Origin: a virus
Taxonomy: Duplodnaviria > Caudoviricetes
DNA: 29,775 bases
Direction: 5' to 3' (one strand)
IMG/VR virus record: IMGVR_UViG_3300022867_000044
Span: 1-29,775 of that record
Position 1 is the stretch's first letter; every line of letters begins with the position of its first letter. Of this stretch, positions 1-9,259 are shown one piece after another. The notes below the pieces were generated by a model. The model saw only the letters and a program-made list of their open reading frames with translations. It was not told the DNA's origin and made no database searches. A program made the translations under genes and the position numbers.

Positions 1-65
1 AGTCCAAACAAAGCGTTAAGACCTGGCTCGAGTTCTTTTACTAACTGGGAACGTGAAATAGCCAT
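1..65 (-). CDS. Major capsid protein, 5' end only (runs off the window)
   Basis: Manual translation from ATG at 65 gives MAISRSQLVKELEPGLNALFG, an N-terminus typical of Mu gpT-like/HK97-fold capsids in this phage group. It lies downstream of the scaffold and decoration genes. Confidence 0.8.
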   Translation of the reverse strand, partial: MAISRSQLVKELEPGLNALFG

Positions 66-67
66 GA

Positions 68-652
68 TTAGGCTCCTTGTCCAGCGACACCGGCACTACC
101 GTACAAGTGTTCGTTAATCTTAACCACAACCACAACGTTGTTGGCGCCTGCTTCATTGGCTGGGGTGCTTAAAAAGCCAACAATTTTGACGTTCAACGCA
201 GCGGTATTGGCGACGGTTGAGGAGTCGAGCTCCATGGCGGAAACACCCGAAACAGTGTTACCTGAACCAACGGTTACGTCAGCGTTCTTGCCAATGTCGG
301 CCTGAACAACGTCTTCGTCTGCTTGGATGGTAAACAACTGGTTTGGATCGTCAACCACGTCAGCAATAATCTTGCCTTGTGTAATGTTGACTGAGCCAGG
401 GTAGTAGTTGCTAAACGTTGGCTTGCCGGTGGTGGGGTCAACGTAGTTACAACCGTTGAACACGCCAACTGCTGCCGTATGGGTAGCGGGGGCGAATTGA
501 ACCAAGTAGCCGTCATAAACGGTGACGAGGTCGCCTTGGAAAATTGCTCCGGACTGATTATCCGCAATTTCGTAACCATACTGCTTTTGCCCACCAGTGG
601 CGGACAGGTTACCCATTGGGCGTAGACCGAAGGCTTTGTCGATATTAGCCAT
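68..652 (-). CDS. Putative head decoration/capsid-associated protein
   Basis: 194 aa, rich in Gly/Ala/Val/Asn with beta-type composition (MANIDKAFGLRP...), immediately upstream of the capsid gene. RBS AAGGA precedes the start. Confidence 0.6.
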   Translation of the reverse strand: MANIDKAFGLRPMGNLSATGGQKQYGYEIADNQSGAIFQGDLVTVYDGYLVQFAPATHTAAVGVFNGCNYVDPTTGKPTFSNYYPGSVNITQGKIIADVVDDPNQLFTIQADEDVVQADIGKNADVTVGSGNTVSGVSAMELDSSTVANTAALNVKIVGFLSTPANEAGANNVVVVVKINEHLYGSAGVAGQGA

Positions 653-670
653 TTGTCATTCCTTAAGAGG

Positions 671-1153
671 TTACTTTTCGGACCCTACGTCGCGAAAAGA
701 GACTTGTGATTGTCGTTGTGGATTATTGATACGCATGGTCGAATGGGAATTCGACTTCATCATTTCATTGTCCACGGACTGAAGTTGGTCATGGGTGCGA
801 GATGCGTAATACGCGTTTCGCTCGTTAGCTGTCTCCTCGGGTATCTTCGCTAGCAACAAGCCTCCCACGCTGAGTACACCAGCATGTCGGCCGTCTTCCA
901 CGCTTGGAGACTTGAACTCAGGGTGATCTTCGGCACGCACTAATTCGTAGCCTTCACGAAGTTTTGACGAGACGTTAATACGATCCTCCTGACCACCTGC
1001 TTCCGCACGGATCCAACGATGTTTAAACCCAGGAGGCGCTTGCGGCGCATCCAATCGTGAGGGAGGAGTCCATGGTTTACGCCGCGCAGTGTTGTCACGA
1101 GATGAATCGTCACGAGAACCGCGAGTAAGTTTTGGCAAGTTTGTGTCGCTCAT
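671..1153 (-). CDS. Conserved phage head-module hypothetical protein
   Basis: 160 aa with WTPPSRLDAP..PPGFKHRWIR and GGLLLAKIPEE motifs, of a kind usually seen between scaffold and capsid genes. Confidence 0.7.
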   Translation of the reverse strand: MSDTNLPKLTRGSRDDSSRDNTARRKPWTPPSRLDAPQAPPGFKHRWIRAEAGGQEDRINVSSKLREGYELVRAEDHPEFKSPSVEDGRHAGVLSVGGLLLAKIPEETANERNAYYASRTHDQLQSVDNEMMKSNSHSTMRINNPQRQSQVSFRDVGSEK

Positions 1154-1157
1154 GGTA

Positions 1158-2057
1158 CTACTCCTTAACGTATTTGGCGTATTCCTCTAGCGGAACACCC
1201 AATCTTTTTGCAATCGCAACCTGGCTCGGTGAGAGCTTGACGGTGCGGCGTGCTCTATTAACCCCAGATGATCTGGAGGCAGGCGCAACCGTTTGCACGG
1301 GTCGGTTGGCACTGTTACGGGATGATGCACCACCAGAAAACTTATGTGGAAAAGATGCAGTCATCCTACGATCTAGCTCATCATAATACTCATCGGACGT
1401 TGGGTCAAACTTTTCGTCACGAACAAGCTGAATATGTATCCCTTGTGCCGCATGTGTCATGGGTACGTCCTTCCCAAACCAATCATTACGATCAGCCCAG
1501 TCTTCGGCCTTAGGGTCGGGTTCCGCGCGCCGAGCAGTCGCTTGTTGCGCATAGGCTTGCTGCTGCTGCGCATAGGCTTGCTGCTGCTGCGCTTGAGTGG
1601 CTAGGCCTTGACGGTAGTTTTCCGTCTCCACCATACGGCGTTGATCATAGTGAGCCGAGGTCAGTCGTTCTTGAGCCTCGGTCTCTGTATCTATATCACC
1701 TTCTTCACGGGCTTTGCGGATGATCTGCTTTAGTGTCGCAATCTCTGTCTGCAAACGACCCTGTGTGGCCACAACGCGTTCTTGGTCCGTGCGCTTGAAC
1801 CGATCTTCAAGCTGCGTGGCTTTCTGTTGCACGTTACGGGCATAAGCGATGGCCGCCTCTTCACGGCGCTGTGTCTCCCGTAGGCGAGCCGTCAGCTTGT
1901 CAATGCGCTTCTGTACCTTGCCACTGTAAGAGTCAAGCTCCTCTTCTTGTTGAGATTGCTCAGTAGGCGCAACCTGCTCTACACCTTCTTCGCTGACCTC
2001 AACGGTTGTTTCAGTCTCGTCGGCTCCAACATCATATTCAAGTTCTTCGTTCGACAT
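1158..2057 (-). CDS. Putative capsid scaffolding protein
   Basis: Acidic N-terminus, long coiled coil, C-terminal SQVAIAKRLGVPLEEYAKYV helix. Position between portal/GroES and capsid fits a scaffold. Confidence 0.7.
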   Translation of the reverse strand: MSNEELEYDVGADETETTVEVSEEGVEQVAPTEQSQQEEELDSYSGKVQKRIDKLTARLRETQRREEAAIAYARNVQQKATQLEDRFKRTDQERVVATQGRLQTEIATLKQIIRKAREEGDIDTETEAQERLTSAHYDQRRMVETENYRQGLATQAQQQQAYAQQQQAYAQQATARRAEPDPKAEDWADRNDWFGKDVPMTHAAQGIHIQLVRDEKFDPTSDEYYDELDRRMTASFPHKFSGGASSRNSANRPVQTVAPASRSSGVNRARRTVKLSPSQVAIAKRLGVPLEEYAKYVKE

Positions 2058-2067
2058 GTGCTACTCC

Positions 2068-2541
2068 TTAAGCAATATGCAAGACGTCTTCGGGGTCACT
2101 TACGATCCCTAAGATTTCATCATCGTTTAACAATCGAATTTCGCCACCATAAATAGCGATCCGCGCACCAGCATAGCGACCAAAGATAATCCAGTCGCCT
2201 TCCTTGCACCAAGGTCCTGAGGGGAACTTAGCTTGGTCAGCATAAGCAAGACTACCCATCTTTAGCACATACCCACAAGTGGTGCCTAGTTGTGTGCGCT
2301 TCTGGGTTTCTTCTGCCAAGAGAATGCCACCCTTGGTTTTTAGCGTACCGCGATAGGGGAGAATAGCAATACGCCAACCCGTGGGGCGCGGTACGCGGTT
2401 AACAACGTCGGGGTTCAAGCTTTCAGGCTCAAACTTGCCGCTGTCATCGTAGGCATCAAGCAAGGAAGGTTGTGTGTTCTCCTTTGCTGTTTGCCACTTA
2501 CGCTCGAGTTCTGTCATGGGTGCCTCAACTACCTGTTCCAT
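2068..2541 (-). CDS. groES: GroES/Cpn10-like co-chaperonin
   Basis: RPTGWRIAI..KTKGGILL (mobile loop)..GYVLKMG..KEGDWIIFGRYAGARI..EIRLLNDDEILGIV matches the Cpn10 pattern, with a ~50 aa N-terminal extension. Confidence 0.85.
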   Translation of the reverse strand: MEQVVEAPMTELERKWQTAKENTQPSLLDAYDDSGKFEPESLNPDVVNRVPRPTGWRIAILPYRGTLKTKGGILLAEETQKRTQLGTTCGYVLKMGSLAYADQAKFPSGPWCKEGDWIIFGRYAGARIAIYGGEIRLLNDDEILGIVSDPEDVLHIA

Positions 2542-2560
2542 TGGAACATCTCCTCTCAGG

Positions 2561-2749
2561 TTAAAAATCTTTTTGGGATTCCTTGATCATCTGCTTGACC
2601 ATGTCTTCCATTATTTTTAAGCCTTCGAGACGTCCCATCATGAACCGGTATCGCTCCATATTGGCGATAGTACCGTTGAGCACGATGTTTTCGGAGTCGG
2701 CCTGTAGGCGTCGAATCTCCTTGAGCACTGCCTCTGCAAATTCAAGCAT
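2561..2749 (-). CDS. Small hypothetical protein
   Basis: 62 aa helical ORF (YRFMMGRLEGL) directly upstream of the GroES-like gene, same strand. Confidence 0.7.
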   Translation of the reverse strand: MLEFAEAVLKEIRRLQADSENIVLNGTIANMERYRFMMGRLEGLKIMEDMVKQMIKESQKDF

Positions 2750-2764
2750 GGTTAGTTTCCATGT

Positions 2765-2789
2765 AAAAGCAGACGGATAACCCCGTCTG
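2765..2789 (-). terminator. Possible intrinsic terminator/hairpin
   Basis: Minus strand CAGACGG-GGTTAT-CCGTCTG followed by CTTTT, in an intergenic gap. Confidence 0.45.
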
Positions 2790-2805
2790 AAGGCTTAATA
2801 AACTT

Positions 2806-3174
2806 CTAGCAAATACGGGTTGCTTTTTTGGTGCGCACGCGACCTTGACCACGGGCCGTGACCATACCACCTTTTTTAAAGCCTGTAACCGACAGATCTT
2901 TGGCTGCGGCTTCAGCCTTTTTCATTTGCTTTTCTTCTTCAATATCCGCCATCATGTCCTCTTTGGACAACGAATCACGGACATTCTTTTTGTCACCAGA
3001 AGTCTTTCTTGGTGAAACCATGCCACGCAGTCGATCAATAAACGTAGGCTTTTCCTGCTCCTTCTTTTTCTCAGCCTTTGCCTTCTCGCGATCACGAACC
3101 CGTTGCGCGGTTAACTGTGCGCGCTCACTGGGGGTCATCTCGCTTTCCTTCTTTACCATCTTGCTTGTTGCCAT
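2806..3174 (-). CDS. Lys/Glu-rich hypothetical protein (possible internal virion protein)
   Basis: 122 aa, highly charged, with an FKKGGMV motif and basic tail. RBS AAGGA precedes the start. Confidence 0.65.
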   Translation of the reverse strand: MATSKMVKKESEMTPSERAQLTAQRVRDREKAKAEKKKEQEKPTFIDRLRGMVSPRKTSGDKKNVRDSLSKEDMMADIEEEKQMKKAEAAAKDLSVTGFKKGGMVTARGQGRVRTKKATRIC

Positions 3175-3183
3175 GTTAGTTCC

Positions 3184-3333
3184 TTAGTAAATTTTAACAG
3201 GGGTATTGCCATCACGCTTTTTAACCGTGCGCACAACGCCAGAGTTTGTCTTGGCTGACTTACGGGGAGCCACCACCTTTTGCTTAATGCTCTCGGTGGT
3301 ATTTTTTACTGGACTGGGTTTTCTATTGCGCAT
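3184..3333 (-). CDS. Small basic hypothetical protein
   Basis: ATG at 3333 overlaps the portal end and gives MRNRKPSPVK...PVKIY (49 aa). The longer ORF-track version (to 3531) mostly shadows the portal. Confidence 0.55.
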   Translation of the reverse strand: MRNRKPSPVKNTTESIKQKVVAPRKSAKTNSGVVRTVKKRDGNTPVKIY

Positions 3334-5707
3334 TATTGTTTCCTTGCATATTGTCTTTGAGCACTTCAACTCGCTCACGACCGACCTGTGCCCGCAACTG
3401 AGCGATGTTCTCTTGGGAGTCAATCCGCGCTTGTGCGTTTTGCTGATCCTGTTGCAGCTTCTGTGAATCCAACTGCAACTTAGCTTGGTCCACTTGTGAG
3501 TCTGTTTGTTGCTCTTGCGCACGGAGCTCAAGTTCCTTTTCCTTCAAGGCAACCACTGGATCTGCTTGCCCACCGCCGCCACCAGCTAACTGGTTCTGCA
3601 TGTCGCGGACCTGTTGCAGATACTGCGCAATCAACAAGGCAATCATGCCTTCACGCTGGATGTCAGAGATCATGCCCTTTGGATCCACACCGTATTGCTT
3701 AAACAGTTCCACTGAGACGTCCTCTTCTGCTTTCAGGCGGACGTGCTCTAAGATGTGCTTTTGCAACGTGGTGGCGGCCAATGGATTGTTGCCAATCAAC
3801 GGGCTAAGTCCTGCCATCAGGTGTGCTGCGATGTGCGCATCGTGTTGCTGTCCCGCAAACGCTTTGAGCTCCATGCCGTCCATAACGTCCCCGTTCTCTG
3901 TTGCGGGGTCCTTGGGCATTTGTGAGTTCTGCGGGCGCAAGATGCCGTCAATGTCTCGAACGTTTAGCGCTGCATACACGCGGTAATACGCTTCGTACAT
4001 GTTGTGCATCTGAGGCGCGGATTGCGCCAATTGCAATTGTGTCTGTGCCAGCATCAAACGCTGAGCGGTCGAGAATATGTTAGGGTCAGCAACCGGTAGC
4101 ACTGCCACCATGTTGTTGAAGTCTTGACGCTTAATCGAGCGACTCGCGCCTGGTACATCGTACGGATACTCGTCAGGAAGGTACTCACCAAAGCCTTGGG
4201 CAAGCATCTTGAATTCTAATGACTGTGAGTAGTGCAGACGCTTGTGTATGGCAGACATCACCATTGAGCCTCGCTCAAGCAAAGCAATGGTTGTGCCTAC
4301 AGCGGCCTGCTGATTGCCGTCCCCTACTTGCATGTCCGCGATGCTTGCCAAACGGTTACCCGCTTGGACCGTGAAGCCCATTAACTGGAACAAGACTTGG
4401 CTCGGTTCCTTGTAAGGCATTGGCATGAGTGAGGCAGAAAGCTCCGCGCCCCCCGCGTCAATGTCTCGCCACTCGCCCGGCTGGATAGGCTTGTCATCGT
4501 CCGCGATCCGCGCGCCTTTGGCCTTGAATCCTGCGGGTAGGTTCGAGAGTGTGCCCGCATCAAGCAATTGGCGCAATGCAGCGGTTGCTGTCTTGGACAA
4601 GCCACCAATCAGGTGTACAAAACCTAAGCCATAAGCACCCAAGCCTTCGATCAACACATAGTGCACAAAGTACTCGCGGCGTAGCTTAAGCTCGTCTTCC
4701 TCTTTCCAATTGCGACGAACACCCACGACCCTGCCTGAGGACTCATCAAGCGTGACCACATAAGGCAACTTAATGCCCGTTGGCTCACCGCTATCGTCCA
4801 AGTCCTCAAAGCCAGGCAGATCCAAGTCAACAATAAACTCGAGCAGGAAGATTTCCTCTGACTCGCCGGACATGGACATACCAATGGCGCGGTCTACTGC
4901 GTCTTGAATCTGATCCGAGGGCCGTGATCCGTCTTGAGCCTGAATGTTCAAGTCCAAATACTCTCCCGCAAATACCCTTTTCAGGTACTCGTTGGAATCC
5001 ATTGGTAAGCGGTGCGTGATCCGTGGGCATTGGCTCATGACGCTTGAGCCGTGGTACGGGATGTACACGTCGTCAGCCAAGCAGAGCTTGCTGACCATAC
5101 GGTCTAGTTGGCTGTCAAAGTAAACCTTCTTAAAGACCGAGCCACCGTAGCCGAGATAAAACAACGCCTGATCCATCTCCGGCGTGTACTCTTGCATGAC
5201 GTTGGTGATCTGGTAATTCATAAAGTCTTGAACACGCGCGGCTTGTTGCGACTTGTCCAATGTTTCCTTGCCCACCACTTGCGTTCTGACGGGGCCACCA
5301 GAGGGCATCAGTTCCTTCATGGCTTGGGATTGGAACTGCACAATTGCCTCGGTCAGCATGGGATGTACCACGCCTGCCGCACCACGGAACGGCTTGGTGC
5401 GCTCGTCAATCTTTAAGCCCAACAGATCCAAGCCCTTGGCGTAAGTCTGCTCCCAATCGGCGCGCGACTCCTTGTCTGCATCAAACAGTTGCAAGAGGTT
5501 GTCGCCAATATTGTTCAAGTCTGATGGATCAAGGACCTCGGCCAAGTTGGCGTAAAACGGCACATCCGGCTCGTCTTCCCCAATCTCAATAACCGCACTG
5601 CCATCATCTTCCAAGATGATTTCAATGTCCAACATGCCGGACATGTCTTCCTGTTCTATCTCAATGGAGACTTCAGGTAAGGAGTTCAGTGCCTTGTCAA
5701 TCGACAT
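3323..5707 (-). CDS. Portal protein
   Basis: 794 aa, P22-like portal pattern (FYANLAE, HPMLTEAIVQFQ, FKKVYFD, GAYGLGFVHLIGGL, GTLSNLPAGFKAKG) with a Gln-rich C-terminal coiled-coil barrel. Lies downstream of TerL. Confidence 0.9.
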   Translation of the reverse strand: MSIDKALNSLPEVSIEIEQEDMSGMLDIEIILEDDGSAVIEIGEDEPDVPFYANLAEVLDPSDLNNIGDNLLQLFDADKESRADWEQTYAKGLDLLGLKIDERTKPFRGAAGVVHPMLTEAIVQFQSQAMKELMPSGGPVRTQVVGKETLDKSQQAARVQDFMNYQITNVMQEYTPEMDQALFYLGYGGSVFKKVYFDSQLDRMVSKLCLADDVYIPYHGSSVMSQCPRITHRLPMDSNEYLKRVFAGEYLDLNIQAQDGSRPSDQIQDAVDRAIGMSMSGESEEIFLLEFIVDLDLPGFEDLDDSGEPTGIKLPYVVTLDESSGRVVGVRRNWKEEDELKLRREYFVHYVLIEGLGAYGLGFVHLIGGLSKTATAALRQLLDAGTLSNLPAGFKAKGARIADDDKPIQPGEWRDIDAGGAELSASLMPMPYKEPSQVLFQLMGFTVQAGNRLASIADMQVGDGNQQAAVGTTIALLERGSMVMSAIHKRLHYSQSLEFKMLAQGFGEYLPDEYPYDVPGASRSIKRQDFNNMVAVLPVADPNIFSTAQRLMLAQTQLQLAQSAPQMHNMYEAYYRVYAALNVRDIDGILRPQNSQMPKDPATENGDVMDGMELKAFAGQQHDAHIAAHLMAGLSPLIGNNPLAATTLQKHILEHVRLKAEEDVSVELFKQYGVDPKGMISDIQREGMIALLIAQYLQQVRDMQNQLAGGGGGQADPVVALKEKELELRAQEQQTDSQVDQAKLQLDSQKLQQDQQNAQARIDSQENIAQLRAQVGRERVEVLKDNMQGNNNAQ

Positions 5708-5738
5708 ATTCTTGCCTTGGTAAAGGGTTCACGCGGCT

Positions 5739-6533
5739 TTAAGCGCCTTGTTCATTTGGGTCAATTGCGCGTCCCAGCGCACGGTCACGCTCTTCAATGG
5801 TGCCGGTTCTCGTTGTCATCATAGAGCCTTCACCGCCTGTGTCTTCTTGCCAAGTAACTTGGCCATTGGTTCTCGGCCCTGGCACGCTTCCATCTAGGCT
5901 TAGCCCAAACTCACTCCTAAAGCGGTCAATGATGTACTGCCGAGTAGGGTCTACTGGGTTCTCTATTGCTTGCTTGACTTGGTCCCTGATGCCTCCAAGC
6001 CCGCCACCTGATACCTGCCGTGCGTCTTCTTCGGCCTGTAGTCTGGCGCGTTCTTCTTCGGCCTGTTGGTCTTGCTTAGCCTGAGCTTGCCTATTTAGTC
6101 CCGCTTGTATGCCCGCTTGGAGTCGAGCCTGCTCTTCGGCCTGTTGTGCCGCTTGTTGTGCTGCCGCTTGTTGTGCTGCCTGTTGTGCTGCCTGTTGTGC
6201 TGCCGCTTGTTGTGCCGCTGCCGCTTGTTGTGCGGACTGCACAATAGGCGCCGTCCAGTCATACGTGCTCTGTTCCATCCCACCAAACGCCGGTGCCTCT
6301 AAATTAAACATAGGCACAGGAGGCGTATTTGTCGATAGGTCCGGCATTTGAAACTGATAGCCGGGCTGAGACATCTCCTCTAAAGTTGGCAAGCCACCTA
6401 CCGCACCGCCCTCGGCCATGCGCACCGCGCTCATCATACGACTCGCCTGTCCCTGTGGGGTTTGAGGCCGCATAGGCTGGTCGGTTTCTTGCTGCATCAT
6501 TTGCGCAAAGCGCTGTCGGGCGATGGAATTCAT
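5739..6533 (-). CDS. Low-complexity Gln/Ala-rich hypothetical protein
   Basis: 264 aa between TerL and portal, with an MAEGG motif and (A)AAQQ repeats. Confidence 0.65.
   Translation of the reverse strand: MNSIARQRFAQMMQQETDQPMRPQTPQGQASRMMSAVRMAEGGAVGGLPTLEEMSQPGYQFQMPDLSTNTPPVPMFNLEAPAFGGMEQSTYDWTAPIVQSAQQAAAAQQAAAQQAAQQAAQQAAAQQAAQQAEEQARLQAGIQAGLNRQAQAKQDQQAEEERARLQAEEDARQVSGGGLGGIRDQVKQAIENPVDPTRQYIIDRFRSEFGLSLDGSVPGPRTNGQVTWQEDTGGEGSMMTTRTGTIEERDRALGRAIDPNEQGA
6138..6232. repeat. Coding tandem repeat (12/15-bp units encoding AAQQ/AAAQQ)
   Basis: Imperfect repeats of GC(C/T)TGTTGTGC(C/T)GCC on the + strand. Confidence 0.8.
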
Positions 6534-6574
6534 GTGTTTTCCCTAAGGGTCCTGTTTATAGCCGATTGTAACCA

Positions 6575-9007
6575 TCAATAGTACTCCGGCACAACATCTT
6601 CTACCTGCTCAGGGTCGTCTTCATCCGATAACAACGCAATAAAGTTGCCTTGCCGAAAGCGCATTAAAGCCATTGTGGTCGAGTCTACCATGTCATCGTG
6701 ATCCCCGTTAGGAAAAGCAGCACACTCCTCCACCAACTCCTCCGCCCATGCCGTGTCGGGTGCCCACACCAACCCACTCTCCAAAATAGGTGACACCGCG
6801 TTTGCCCGCGAGACCTTGTCCGTGCCCGTGCGCCGCCCACCAGGCGTGTAAGTCGTCACAGGAATGCCGAGCCTGCGCATTTCCTGCTGCAAGGACACAC
6901 CCGTTGCCTTGGCCTCAATCAACACATTGTCTGGATTCCAGTACTTGTACTCGTCTAACGCCACCCGCTTTAACTCAGGAAAGTCCCACCGACCACGCTT
7001 CACGCCCAACAAGATAATGTTCGCGCCCTCGTCCATTGACGGGAAGAACACACCCCACGTCGTGATGACAGAAAAGTCCGCCGTCTCCTTTTTTGAGTAC
7101 GCCGTGTCATACGATTGAATAATATAATCAACCGCGGGCGGTGAGTCTTGGTCCCAGCGCTGCCACCACTCCCGCTTTAAAATCGCCCCCTCATCATTGG
7201 TCGGCTGCTGTTGGTACATCGCGTTCCACTTCTGCACGGACAACGATGCGCGGACCGCTTCTAATTCCTCAAGCTTCCAGTACTCCGGCCACAAGGGCTT
7301 GCCTGACGGCATGATGGCAGGAAACTCAATGACCTCCCACTTGTCCGCATTGTGGCTCGTCTGCGCCTTAATCAGGCGTGCTGTAAGATCTCTCGTGCCC
7401 CATCTTGTCATTATTATGAGAATAGCCCCGCCAGGTTGCAAGCGAGTTCGAGGTCCACCCTGATACCAGTCCCAAGCGTTCTCAAGCGCTAACTCACTCA
7501 TCGCATCTTGCTCGGAGTTGTGTGTTACCACGTAGCCCCGACCGGCTAAGAATAAACCGTCCGGCCTGTCTACCGTAATACACTGGACTGACCCTGTCGT
7601 TCCAGTCGCCTCAACGGTGATACTGCGTGAGCGCTTGTCTTGTGGGGTGCGTGTGTACATACGCTTTCTAGGCATGCGAGCGCAATCCTCTAACCGAAAC
7701 ATCACTCTGTGTTGTGTTTGAGCGCTTGCCCACCGACCACGGTTGTCCTCATACGAACGCATTTGGCACTTGACGCCTAAGGAATGCAGCAGTTCCACTG
7801 CCGACCTAACTAGCCCAGCGTTAGCACTATAAAACCCCGCTTGACCTGTTTTCGTCACAGATCCGTCCGTGTCTACCAAGCCCTGTAACAAGGACATACG
7901 TTGGCTTTCAGATGCTAGCAAGTACTGCTCAGGCACATGCTTGTTGTTCAAAACCCCTAACGCTTTTAGCTGCTGGTGTAGCCCGTATACGGTGAAGGTG
8001 TACCCACACTTCGTAAATCCCCCCACCTTATATCCCGCTTTCTCAAACTGCTCAATCATGTACGGCTGGTCATCCGGATGAGCTGTAATGCGGCCGGACG
8101 AAGACGTGCCATCCCCAAGCCACGCGCCAAGGACCCAAGGGTCGACAGGTAGACACGCTTCTGCGTATTGCACGGGTTGATGCCTGGGCAATATCGGACG
8201 GTTTTTTTGTGGCCAACTTGCCAAGTACTCCGCTGTTTGATTGACCACCCGCGCTCTAGCTAAATTCGTGTCCGAATTAATCCCCCACAAATGTTTGGCA
8301 TCGCACAAGATTTCTTCATTGTCGTCCGTTATAACGGAGTAAAGCTCCCTGTCATGCCAAACTGCGGACTTTGATACCACACGTATGGGGTTGCCATCAG
8401 GACCAAACACTTGGTCTCCAACTTTCAAATCCTGTATCTCCACAAACCCGTTTGGCGTAGGGATTGGCGTCGTGATCTCCAAAGCATGCGGATCATCAAT
8501 TACCAACAAATCCGCACCGCGGCCCGTGACAGCACCGCCCACACCGACAGCAAAGTAACTGCCACCCTTGTTCGTGTCCCAGCGACCAGCTGCCTTGGAA
8601 TCAGACTTTAACTTCACCTCGGGAAACAACTCCTCATACTTGTCCGTGTCCATCAAGTCACGTACCTTCCTGCCAAACTTCACCGCTAACTCAGCCGTGT
8701 GTGTCGCCTCAATGATCTGGAGCCGCGGATCACGGCCCATGAGGTACGACGGCAGCAGATATGACGATAGCTCGGATTTTGAGTGTCTCGGTGGAAGATT
8801 CAAAATCAACCGTTTCAACGTCCCATTGGCAATGCGATCAAACGCATCTGCAATCTTCTTGTGGTGCGCACCCAGTATCGCCTCAGGCCACATGTACTTA
8901 ACGTAGCTTAAGAACGAATCACGGGCCGCGTCTCGGGCTTCAATCTGCGAGAGCCTCAGCTCAAGCTTTAACCGCTCACTTTCAACGTCTTCCGGCTCAC
9001 GGACCAT
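6575..9007 (-). CDS. terL: Terminase large subunit, intein-containing (810 aa precursor, ~487 aa spliced)
   Basis: Walker A LPPRHSKS, GGAVTGRGADLLVIDDPH (Walker B), IMTRW coupling motif, RNase H-like nuclease with SYDTA and FPNGDHDDMVD. Confidence 0.95.
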   Translation of the reverse strand: MVREPEDVESERLKLELRLSQIEARDAARDSFLSYVKYMWPEAILGAHHKKIADAFDRIANGTLKRLILNLPPRHSKSELSSYLLPSYLMGRDPRLQIIEATHTAELAVKFGRKVRDLMDTDKYEELFPEVKLKSDSKAAGRWDTNKGGSYFAVGVGGAVTGRGADLLVIDDPHALEITTPIPTPNGFVEIQDLKVGDQVFGPDGNPIRVVSKSAVWHDRELYSVITDDNEEILCDAKHLWGINSDTNLARARVVNQTAEYLASWPQKNRPILPRHQPVQYAEACLPVDPWVLGAWLGDGTSSSGRITAHPDDQPYMIEQFEKAGYKVGGFTKCGYTFTVYGLHQQLKALGVLNNKHVPEQYLLASESQRMSLLQGLVDTDGSVTKTGQAGFYSANAGLVRSAVELLHSLGVKCQMRSYEDNRGRWASAQTQHRVMFRLEDCARMPRKRMYTRTPQDKRSRSITVEATGTTGSVQCITVDRPDGLFLAGRGYVVTHNSEQDAMSELALENAWDWYQGGPRTRLQPGGAILIIMTRWGTRDLTARLIKAQTSHNADKWEVIEFPAIMPSGKPLWPEYWKLEELEAVRASLSVQKWNAMYQQQPTNDEGAILKREWWQRWDQDSPPAVDYIIQSYDTAYSKKETADFSVITTWGVFFPSMDEGANIILLGVKRGRWDFPELKRVALDEYKYWNPDNVLIEAKATGVSLQQEMRRLGIPVTTYTPGGRRTGTDKVSRANAVSPILESGLVWAPDTAWAEELVEECAAFPNGDHDDMVDSTTMALMRFRQGNFIALLSDEDDPEQVEDVVPEYY
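7517..8485 (-). mobile_element. Class 3 intein with LAGLIDADG homing endonuclease (323 aa)
   Basis: Inserted at DDPH|ALEITTPIPTPNG...GYVVTHN|SEQD. Ala1 start, block B CDAKHLW, block F VQCITV, block G THN/S. Endonuclease motifs LGAWLGDG and LQGLVDTDG. Confidence 0.92.
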
Positions 9008-9177
9008 GCTACGGGTGCCTATTTGGTTTGAGATTTATAAATTTTCTAGTGGATATTGGTTTATACAACAAAGGGGTGTGTTTCGGCAAGCCCGTCCTTC
9101 ATTTACTTCTAGGCACTCATATTTTGTGCGAAATCGGGCATAAACCTCGGACACCGCGCAAGGGGGCGATTTTGGGG

Positions 9178-9194
9178 TGAGAATGCTTCTCATT
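9178..9194. promoter_or_regulatory. Fur-box-like dyad
   Basis: TGAGAAT-G-CTTCTCA(TT), a 7-1-7 inverted repeat one mismatch from TGAGAATnATTCTCA. Confidence 0.5.
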
Positions 9195-9242
9195 CGCGTT
9201 ACCATACCAAAGCCCATAGGTACCCTAACCCTCCCCTCCCAT

Positions 9243-9258
9243 TGTTTCACGTGGAACA
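9243..9258. promoter_or_regulatory. parS: parS site (chromosomal ParB-binding consensus), copy 1
   Basis: TGTTTCACGTGGAACA fits TGTTNCACGTGNAACA at all 16 positions. Confidence 0.85.
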
Positions 9259-9259
9259 C

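Noticed and set aside
1547-1592. 21-bp duplication in the scaffold gene (QQQQAYA x2)
   Set aside because: An ordinary slippage repeat in a low-complexity linker.
2782-2791. Neisseria DNA uptake sequence
   Set aside because: CCCGTCTGAA is a single imperfect match that forms one arm of a hairpin, with no enrichment elsewhere.
6095-6351. Cys-rich and Arg/His-rich ORFs (ACCAACC..., RQHN...)
   Set aside because: These are alternative-frame or antisense shadows of the AAQQ coding repeat.
9035-9259. ORF MFHVKQW... (minus strand)
   Set aside because: The MFHVKQ start is simply the translation of the parS palindrome. The region looks regulatory, not coding.
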